This document shows positions 7,184 through 12,348 of a stretch of DNA of 12,348 nt, in pieces (position 1 is the stretch's first letter; each line of letters opens with the position of its first letter). The translations under genes were made by a program, and so were the position numbers. Under the pieces are notes generated by a model. It saw nothing but the letters and a program-made list of their open reading frames with translations. It ran no database searches and had not been told where the DNA came from. Source of the stretch: a virus (Duplodnaviria > Heunggongvirae > Uroviricota > Caudoviricetes); the IMG/VR virus record IMGVR_UViG_2671180921_000029, positions 1-12,348 of that record. One strand, written 5' to 3'.

Positions 7184-7241
7184 TTGACTTAATGGTTTAT
7201 TAAACACTAAACTCGCAAGAAAACACTAAACCGAGGAAGGT
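7184..7241 (+). promoter_or_regulatory. PR-like rightward promoter (-35 TTGACT 7184-7189, 18-nt spacer, -10 TAAACT 7208-7213) with CACTAAAC operator-like repeats
   Basis: Hexamers at sigma70-like spacing upstream of the Cro-like gene. CACTAAAC occurs at 7166-7173, 7205-7212 and 7224-7231, overlapping the -10 and leader. SD GAGGAAGG precedes the ATG at 7242. Confidence 0.5.
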
Positions 7242-7544
7242 ATGACATTAAAAGAGTTTATTAAATCATTGAGGGTTGGTGATGCTAAGAAATTCGCGGC
7301 CAGACTTGGTGTATCGCCATCTTACTTATCGCAAATGGCGTCCAGACGAGCAGCTATATCTCCAACCCGCGCCCTTATGATCGAATCTGCGACGGAAGGC
7401 CAAGTAAGTAGGGCGGAGCTACGACCCCATGATTGGGAGCTTATTTGGCCTGAGTATGCTAGCGGCATTCGTTTGGGGCAAACGCATGTAGTTCATGCTG
7501 AAGGTGATTGTAGTGCATGCTTATCTGATGGAGTTGATTCATGA
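7242..7544 (+). CDS. Cro-like HTH regulator, YdaS-type (100 aa)
   Basis: HTH segment (FAARLGVSPSYLSQMASRRAAISPTRALMIESAT). Divergent from the repressor-like gene and first gene of the rightward operon. Confidence 0.8.
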   Translation: MTLKEFIKSLRVGDAKKFAARLGVSPSYLSQMASRRAAISPTRALMIESATEGQVSRAELRPHDWELIWPEYASGIRLGQTHVVHAEGDCSACLSDGVDS

Positions 7545-7966
7545 AAATCAAGCATGAACACATCCGCATGGCGATGAATGCCTGGGCGCATCCGGACGGC
7601 GAAAAAGTTCCGGCAGCTGAAATAACCCAGGCTTATTTTGAGCTGGGTATGACGTTCCCGGAGCTATATGACGACAGGCATCCGGAAGCGCTGGCTCGTA
7701 ATACCCAGAAAATTTTCCGTTGGCTGGATAAAGACACCCCTGATGCGGTTAAAAAAATTCAGGCATTGTTACCAGCGATCGAAAAAGCAATGCCTCCTCT
7801 GCTGGTGGCCCGAATGCGCAGCCACAGTTCAGCCTGGTTTCGGGAGCTGGTGGAGACGCGGGAACGACTGGTGAGAGACGCTGATGATTTTGTCGCAGTG
7901 GCGATCGCTGGTTTCAACCAGATGAATCGTGGTGGCCCGGCGGGAAACATTGTGGTTGTGCATTGA
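7541..7966 (+). CDS. YdaT-type protein (141 aa) in the CII position
   Basis: Start overlaps the upstream stop (ATGA), with GGAG SD 7 nt upstream. N-terminus MKIKHEHI... resembles the YdaT family as I recall it. Confidence 0.7.
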   Translation: MKIKHEHIRMAMNAWAHPDGEKVPAAEITQAYFELGMTFPELYDDRHPEALARNTQKIFRWLDKDTPDAVKKIQALLPAIEKAMPPLLVARMRSHSSAWFRELVETRERLVRDADDFVAVAIAGFNQMNRGGPAGNIVVVH

Positions 7967-8037
7967 CTGACAATATTTATACCGGATCGCTTCCGGCAAT
8001 TCGTGAGTAAAAAGATTCGGTATCAGAAGAGGTGAGT

Positions 8038-9108
8038 ATGGCTAACGCCTGGCTCAGATTATGGCATGACATGCCAAATGATCCTAAGTGGCGAACAATT
8101 TCCAGGGTGTCAGGACAGCCAATCGCAACAGTGATGGCTGTGTATATCCACCTCCTGGTGAGCGCGTCACGAAATGTCACGCGAGGTCACATTGATGTCA
8201 CGACAGAAGATTTGGCAAGTGCGCTCGACGTGACAGAAGAGGTAATTGATTCAATTTTGCAGACGATGCAGGGGCGGGTACTTGATGGTGATTTAATCAC
8301 TGGATGGGAAAAACGCCAGGTGCTTAAAGAGGACAACGGCAATATTTCGCAAACCGCAAAATCTCCTGCAGAGCGCAAGAGGGCGCAGCGAGAGAGGGAA
8401 AGAAAGCGGGAACAAAATGGCGATTGTCACGGCGCGTCACGAAATGTCACGCACATGTCACGGCAAGTCACGACAGATAAAGATACAGATAAAGATACAG
8501 ATAAAGAAGATCAAAACACTATGGTCCATGGCGTAAAAAACGCCACGAACCAGGCAGGGGATGTTCAGACCGTCAATCCTGGTCAGCCAGCAGGCACGAC
8601 ACCGAAAGCCGATTCAGCGTATGCGCTGAAAGCCGATTCGGGCGCTGTGCAGCAGGTGATGACCGCAAGGCCGGAGCAATCACTCCAACTGCAGCAGCCT
8701 GAAGCCGATTCCGCCATTCAGCGGGAAGCCGATCGGGTAGCCCCGGAAAACACCGGGCAGCCTGTGGGACGAGTGGATTATCCAGATGTGTTCGAACAGG
8801 TCTGGCGGGAATACCCGTTGCGTGCCGGGGCAAACCCGAAGAAATCCGCTTTCAGTGCCTGGAAGGCCAGATTACGCGAGGGGGTGCCACCAGAAGCCAT
8901 GCTGGATGGTGTGAGGCGTTACGCAAGATACCTGGTGGCTACCGGGAAAACGGGAACGGAATTTGTTCAGCGAGCGACGACGTTTTTTGGACCGGACCGG
9001 AATTTTGAAAACCCCTGGTTGCTCCCGGTAAGCGGTACGAACAACCAGCGTTGCGTGAATCACATTTCTGAACCAGATACCGAAATTCCACCGGGCTTCA
9101 GGGGGTAA
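8038..9108 (+). CDS. Putative replication initiator / replisome-organiser protein (356 aa) with the origin embedded in its coding sequence
   Basis: Position after the cro/cII-like genes. SD GAGGTGA before the ATG at 8038 (the ORF track starts at a GTG at 8032). The gene contains iteron-like repeat arrays (see repeat features), as in lambda O / ori. Low-complexity linker between N- and C-terminal domains. Confidence 0.6.
   Translation: MANAWLRLWHDMPNDPKWRTISRVSGQPIATVMAVYIHLLVSASRNVTRGHIDVTTEDLASALDVTEEVIDSILQTMQGRVLDGDLITGWEKRQVLKEDNGNISQTAKSPAERKRAQRERERKREQNGDCHGASRNVTHMSRQVTTDKDTDKDTDKEDQNTMVHGVKNATNQAGDVQTVNPGQPAGTTPKADSAYALKADSGAVQQVMTARPEQSLQLQQPEADSAIQREADRVAPENTGQPVGRVDYPDVFEQVWREYPLRAGANPKKSAFSAWKARLREGVPPEAMLDGVRRYARYLVATGKTGTEFVQRATTFFGPDRNFENPWLLPVSGTNNQRCVNHISEPDTEIPPGFRG
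8164..8201 (+). repeat. Iteron array 1: four GTCAC(G) copies at 10-11 bp spacing
   Basis: GTCAC at 8166, 8176, 8186 and 8197. Includes the 19-bp string gcgtcacgaaatgtcacgc, which recurs exactly at 8434-8452. Confidence 0.7.
8426..8472 (+). repeat. Iteron array 2: five GTCACG copies at 10-11 bp spacing
   Basis: GTCAC at 8426, 8436, 8446, 8457 and 8467, with helical-turn periodicity. Confidence 0.7.
8474..8509 (+). repeat. Tandem 12-bp repeat (CAGATAAAGATA x3, last copy degenerate), A-rich, abutting iteron array 2
   Basis: Read directly from the sequence. Encodes DKDTDKDTDKE in the rep protein linker. Confidence 0.75.
8606..8735 (+). repeat. Four dispersed direct repeats of AAGCCGATYC at 24/72/24 bp spacing
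   Basis: Copies at 8606-8615, 8630-8639, 8702-8711 and 8726-8735 (last copy AAGCCGATCG). They encode a reiterated K/E-A-D-S/R peptide motif. Confidence 0.6.
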
Positions 9109-9148
9109 GTGTTTATTTCAGGTCACGAGGTAATTTTCAGGAGGACTT

Positions 9149-9571
9149 GTGGCAAAAGTTTTTACACAAGAAGAGCGAGAAAAAATTAAAGGGCAGGTTG
9201 TTGAACTCGTACGCCAGAGTGGGCGTGAGACGTTACGGCAACTGGAAGTCAAGACAGGTGCGACAAGATATCTGATGAGCGTTCTCGCAAGAGAGCTGGT
9301 TGCCAGCGGTGATGTATACAACTCTGATTACGGGTTATTCCCGTCTGAACAGGTGCGTAAGGACTGGCAAAATGCCCGTAAAAAGCTCTCAAGGGCAAAG
9401 CTGAAGAAACCATCTGCGGTTGATCCGGACCTTATCTGGTCATTACCAGACGGAGAAATACGCCGCTACGACAGGCGTCAGAACATAATCTGTAGCGAGT
9501 GCCGGAAGAGCGAAGTTATGCAGCGCGTGCTGGCTTTTTATCGGGGAAACTTTCAGGAGGTGCTGTTGTGA
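9149..9571 (+). CDS. Hypothetical protein (140 aa), GTG start
   Basis: SD GGAGGA 4 nt before the GTG at 9149. Lies downstream of the rep gene. No recognisable motif. Confidence 0.5.
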   Translation: MAKVFTQEEREKIKGQVVELVRQSGRETLRQLEVKTGATRYLMSVLARELVASGDVYNSDYGLFPSEQVRKDWQNARKKLSRAKLKKPSAVDPDLIWSLPDGEIRRYDRRQNIICSECRKSEVMQRVLAFYRGNFQEVLL

Positions 9572-9719
9572 GCCAAATTAACAATCGGAACTTGGTGAAG
9601 AGAAAGCATAATCCAAATCTGAATAATTAAATTGAGCACTGTTAAAAAATTAATCCTTAACCGGAGGGATTTCTGCACCCTCAGAACAGCAGGAGGCCAC
9701 CAGAAAGGGCGGTAGTGAA

Positions 9720-9902
9720 ATGCGAAAGTTCAAAATAATTATTGAAACTGGAATAGCTGGTGGGGGTTTTGAGGATGTATTCGAAGTGGATGATGACGCA
9801 ACACCTGATGAAATTCATGACGAAGCAAAAGAAATTTTCTTTAACTACTGCAATTACTCATATCACGAAATAAAAGACGAGGAGGAAGAACAAAATGGCT
9901 GA
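9720..9902 (+). CDS. Hypothetical small acidic protein (60 aa)
   Basis: ORF with a weak SD. First gene of a translationally coupled string of small genes. Confidence 0.45.
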   Translation: MRKFKIIIETGIAGGGFEDVFEVDDDATPDEIHDEAKEIFFNYCNYSYHEIKDEEEEQNG

Positions 9903-10077
9903 TTTTGGTTCAACTAAATACAACGTCAGTTTTAAAGAATGGCATGAACTGTTAATGGACTATGCAGAGTTACGCGGTGGAAGTGCTGCTGATGCTGATG
10001 CTGAAGCATGGCGTGATGATTATGAAGCAGGGAAAACTCCGGTCGAAGCATATTGTGATGAGTGGGGCGATGAATGA
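9895..10077 (+). CDS. Hypothetical small acidic protein (60 aa)
   Basis: Strong SD (GAGGAGGAAG) 6 nt before the ATG. Start overlaps the previous gene's stop by 8 nt. Confidence 0.55.
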   Translation: MADFGSTKYNVSFKEWHELLMDYAELRGGSAADADAEAWRDDYEAGKTPVEAYCDEWGDE

Positions 10078-10631
10078 GCGGGATTAACTATCAGATGCTG
10101 CGGGATAAGGCAGAGAACGCAACTAAAGGAGGCTACATCGTAGGGCATACATCTGTTAACCAGCACGGTAATTTAACAGGAGTTTTTGTTTGTCAAAAAT
10201 GGAAAGGAGAACCAGGTGGCGTGATTGCAGAATGTCATGCTAACTGCCTGGTTGAAACAGATGCTCAGGCTTATGCAAACGCAGAATTCATAGCAGAGGC
10301 TAGCCCGGCTACCGTGCTGGCACTACTGGATGAACGGGAAGCAGCCAACAAGCGCATAGCAGAACTGGAAGCACGGGAAATAAAACCAGCCAAAGGCGAA
10401 GTTCTTGTCGTTGTATCTGGTTTTACTGGTTGCGGAAAAAGCGCCATCGCCGGGGAAATAGAAATCGCGATGAAGGCTATTGGTGTACCGGTTAAGTGGA
10501 CTAATGGCGATGCAGAAAAGCGCATGACTGGCGCTGACTGGCTGACAGCGATTGAGATGTACAAACCAACTGTGCGCATCGTGGAAGTTAATGTGCCACG
10601 CGCCGCTGGCATTCGCATCAAAGGAGAGTGA
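10074..10631 (+). CDS. Phage protein (185 aa), possibly Ead/Ea22-like
   Basis: ATGA start/stop overlap with the upstream gene. The motif ANAEFIAEASPATVLALLDEREAANKRIAELEA resembles the conserved N-terminal motif of lambdoid Ead/Ea22-like proteins as I recall it. Confidence 0.55.
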   Translation: MSGINYQMLRDKAENATKGGYIVGHTSVNQHGNLTGVFVCQKWKGEPGGVIAECHANCLVETDAQAYANAEFIAEASPATVLALLDEREAANKRIAELEAREIKPAKGEVLVVVSGFTGCGKSAIAGEIEIAMKAIGVPVKWTNGDAEKRMTGADWLTAIEMYKPTVRIVEVNVPRAAGIRIKGE

Positions 10632-10632
10632 T

Positions 10633-10842
10633 ATGGCTATCGCTGCAAGTTACACCATGCATCTCTATTGTGATTGCCTCCAGTGTACAGATGGCAAATA
10701 TAAGTCGCCAGACTTCGGTGAGTATATAGGTACGTCATGGGCTGGCTGTGCAAAAGAGGCGCGCAAGGATGGCTGGCGAATAAGCAAAGACAAAACGCGT
10801 GCTTTTTCACCCGGGCATAAAGTTTTGAGGATTAACAAATGA
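10633..10842 (+). CDS. Hypothetical Cys-containing small protein (69 aa); start moved to the ATG at 10633
   Basis: Strong SD (AAGGAGAGtgatATG) before the internal ATG. The upstream part of the ORF-track ORF overlaps the preceding gene. Confidence 0.5.
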   Translation: MAIAASYTMHLYCDCLQCTDGKYKSPDFGEYIGTSWAGCAKEARKDGWRISKDKTRAFSPGHKVLRINK

Positions 10843-11648
10843 CAACATTTACCGACGACGACAAGAAACTAATTAAAGAAATCAAAGAGCGTATCAGCAG
10901 CCCGGAGGTTCGAGACGATATTGAGCGCCGGGCTTATGAAATAGCGTTAGCCTCGCTGGAAGCAGAGCCGGTGGCATGGCTGCATTCAGACAATGGCTTA
11001 GGTATTCCGGCAATAACGAGGAGTAAAAACATTGCTGACAGTTGGTTATCAAAGAGCTGGTATGTTCAGCCGCTATATATAGCCAAGCCAGTGCCGGTGG
11101 TGCCAGATGCTCGTCCGTCTTTAAATAATGGCATAGTCGGCTTTGATGAAGGCTGGAACGCTTGCCGCGCCGCCATGATTCATGCCGGAAACTTTCGGGA
11201 AAACTTGAATTCGTCAACCAATAATTTTCGGGAAATTGCGGAAACGTCAATCAACTCTCCGGTAGTTCCTGGTGAGGTGTTGTCCGCAATCCGGGAGGTT
11301 GCCAGGGTTCGTGCCGATTTCGATGATTTTGACGGTGACAGGCGAGGTATCGGTGATTGTCTGAATGAGTCTGAGCAAGAGCTTATCGTTACCATTAACA
11401 AATATGCCAGTCAGATTGCAGCAAAGCCGCCGCAGGAGGAGAAGAGTGGGAACGCTGACTGTACCGCCACTTCTGGTAAAACTGACAATCCACAAGCATC
11501 CGGAAAACAGGTTGATGAATTAACCATGTTGGTTAAGCGATTAGCCAGTTCGTTAAAAAGCGTCAATAAATCAAGTAAGCTGCCTGATAAGGCGATGGAT
11601 TATCTTTTGCGGAACGGACTGGTAAGTGTGGAGGGGAGGGGACGATGA
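10839..11648 (+). CDS. Hypothetical phage protein (269 aa)
   Basis: ATGA overlap with the upstream gene and GAGGA SD. Long ORF with ordinary composition. Confidence 0.6.
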   Translation: MTTFTDDDKKLIKEIKERISSPEVRDDIERRAYEIALASLEAEPVAWLHSDNGLGIPAITRSKNIADSWLSKSWYVQPLYIAKPVPVVPDARPSLNNGIVGFDEGWNACRAAMIHAGNFRENLNSSTNNFREIAETSINSPVVPGEVLSAIREVARVRADFDDFDGDRRGIGDCLNESEQELIVTINKYASQIAAKPPQEEKSGNADCTATSGKTDNPQASGKQVDELTMLVKRLASSLKSVNKSSKLPDKAMDYLLRNGLVSVEGRGR

Positions 11649-11728
11649 CCTGGCCTGAGGCATTTACCACGGTAGGGATTGCAATGGCCGTGGCGTTGGT
11701 GGTGTATTCGATTTGCCGCTGGGGGTAA
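11645..11728 (+). CDS. Candidate 27-aa hydrophobic peptide (MTWPEAFTTVGIAMAVALVVYSICRWG), translationally coupled to the upstream gene
   Basis: Below the ORF-track size cutoff. ATGA overlap with the upstream stop, SD GGAGGGGAGGGG just upstream, and one predicted transmembrane helix. Confidence 0.3.
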   Translation: MTWPEAFTTVGIAMAVALVVYSICRWG

Positions 11729-11875
11729 GGTATTAAAGAATGCCCCCGCACACATAAGTTGAGCGTCTGAGGTGTGGGGATAGGGAGTTAGTTAAATTGT
11801 TATACAACAATATCTGATTTTGTATTGAAGCAAGGAAGAGGTTGCCACATATTGAATCATGCACGTGTACGTCAA

Positions 11876-11980
11876 ATGTGGGAGGTCATCGTGCTGGTTC
11901 TGAAATGTGCGCTGGCTATTGCGGTTGTAATGGCAATTTATTGTCTTGTTATCGTTCTTATGGATCACCTTTCTGATTGA
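11876..11980 (+). CDS. Candidate 34-aa hydrophobic peptide (MWEVIVLVLKCALAIAVVMAIYCLVIVLMDHLSD); alternative GTG start at 11891 with GGGAGG SD
   Basis: Below the ORF-track cutoff. Single strongly hydrophobic helix resembling small type I toxin or membrane peptides. Sits in an intergenic region upstream of hok. Confidence 0.3.
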   Translation: MWEVIVLVLKCALAIAVVMAIYCLVIVLMDHLSD

Positions 11981-12192
11981 TTTTATATTGGCGAGGTGAC
12001 GGGAGTTAAGTAGAATTGCTGCGGGTGCTTGAGGCTGTCTGCCTCAGGCATGAACACCAAAAGGCAGATAGAGAAAAGCCCCAGTTAACATTACGCGTCC
12101 TGCAAGACGCTTAACATTAATCTGAGGCCATATCTATGCTCTACACACGTAGGTTAGCCTCTTACGTGCCGAAAGGCAAGGAGAAGCAGGCT

Positions 12193-12348
12193 ATGAAGCA
12201 GCAAAAGGCGATGCTAATCGCCCTGATCGTCATCTGTTTAACCGTCATAGTGACGGCACTGGTAACGAGGAAAGACCTCTGCGAGGTACGAATCCGAACC
12301 GGCCAGACGGAGGTCGCTGTCTTCACAGCTTACGAACCTGAGGAGTAA
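12193..12348 (+). CDS. hok: Hok/Gef-family type I toxin (51 aa), HokD/RelF-like; stop codon is the last triplet of the window
   Basis: MKQQKAMLIALIVICLTVIVTALVTRKDLCEVRIRTGQTEVAVFTAYEPEE has the Hok architecture (N-terminal TM helix, then RKxLCE...). SD AAGGAG 9 nt upstream. The ORF track shows an in-frame 19-codon upstream extension from 12136. Confidence 0.85.
   Translation: MKQQKAMLIALIVICLTVIVTALVTRKDLCEVRIRTGQTEVAVFTAYEPEE

Noticed and set aside
7668-8378. ORFs 7668..7874, 7759..7950, 7977..8180 and 8187..8378
   Set aside because: Nested in or antisense to the YdaT-like and replication genes, with no supporting signals.
8164-8472. Possible CRISPR array suggested by the regularly spaced GTCACG repeats
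   Set aside because: Repeat unit is only 5-6 bp with 4-5 bp spacers, and it lies inside a coding sequence. This fits replication iterons, not CRISPR repeats (typically 24-48 bp with similar-sized spacers).
8573-9321. Minus-strand ORFs 8573..8833, 8872..9063 and 9118..9321
   Set aside because: Antisense to the replication gene and the 140-aa gene. Pro/Arg-rich translations typical of antisense frames.
10271-11751. Minus-strand ORFs 10271..10621, 10894..11250, 11180..11401, 11247..11495, 11563..11751 and the upstream part of plus ORF 10552..10842
   Set aside because: Antisense or overlapping the translationally coupled plus-strand gene chain. For 10552..10842 only the portion from the SD-preceded ATG at 10633 was retained.
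11743-11780. Inverted repeat CCCCGCACAC ... GTGTGGGG as a terminator after the coupled gene chain
   Set aside because: The stem has a bulge, an 18-nt loop and no following T-tract on either strand, which is insufficient for a confident terminator call.
12136-12192. Upstream in-frame extension of hok as a mok-like gene
   Set aside because: The extension is in frame with hok and has only a weak SD. I could not establish from sequence alone whether it is a separate modulator reading frame or just an upstream ATG, so it is noted but not called.

Overview
This window reads as the early/regulatory half of a lambdoid (Rac-like) enterobacterial prophage; all calls are from reading the sequence and the ORF track, with no database search run. 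Left to right: integrase and overlapping excisionase (minus strand), an 826-aa exonuclease with a C-terminal DEDDh domain, a ~550-bp ORF-poor hairpin-rich segment, and an AT-rich cluster of small genes on both strands. Then comes the immunity switch, where the repressor slot is filled by a three-gene paaR2-paaA2-parE2-type toxin-antitoxin operon, flanked by inverted copies of one promoter and followed by Cro-like (YdaS-type) and CII-like (YdaT-type) genes. Downstream are a replication initiator gene carrying three internal repeat families (probable origin), a chain of translationally coupled small genes, two unannotated small hydrophobic peptide ORFs, and a hok-family type I toxin at the right edge. 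No tRNA, rRNA, CRISPR array or IS element was recognised. The best candidates for something undescribed are the AT-rich small-gene cluster (4698-5985), the structured ORF-free segment (4145-4697) and the small hydrophobic peptides (11645-11980).
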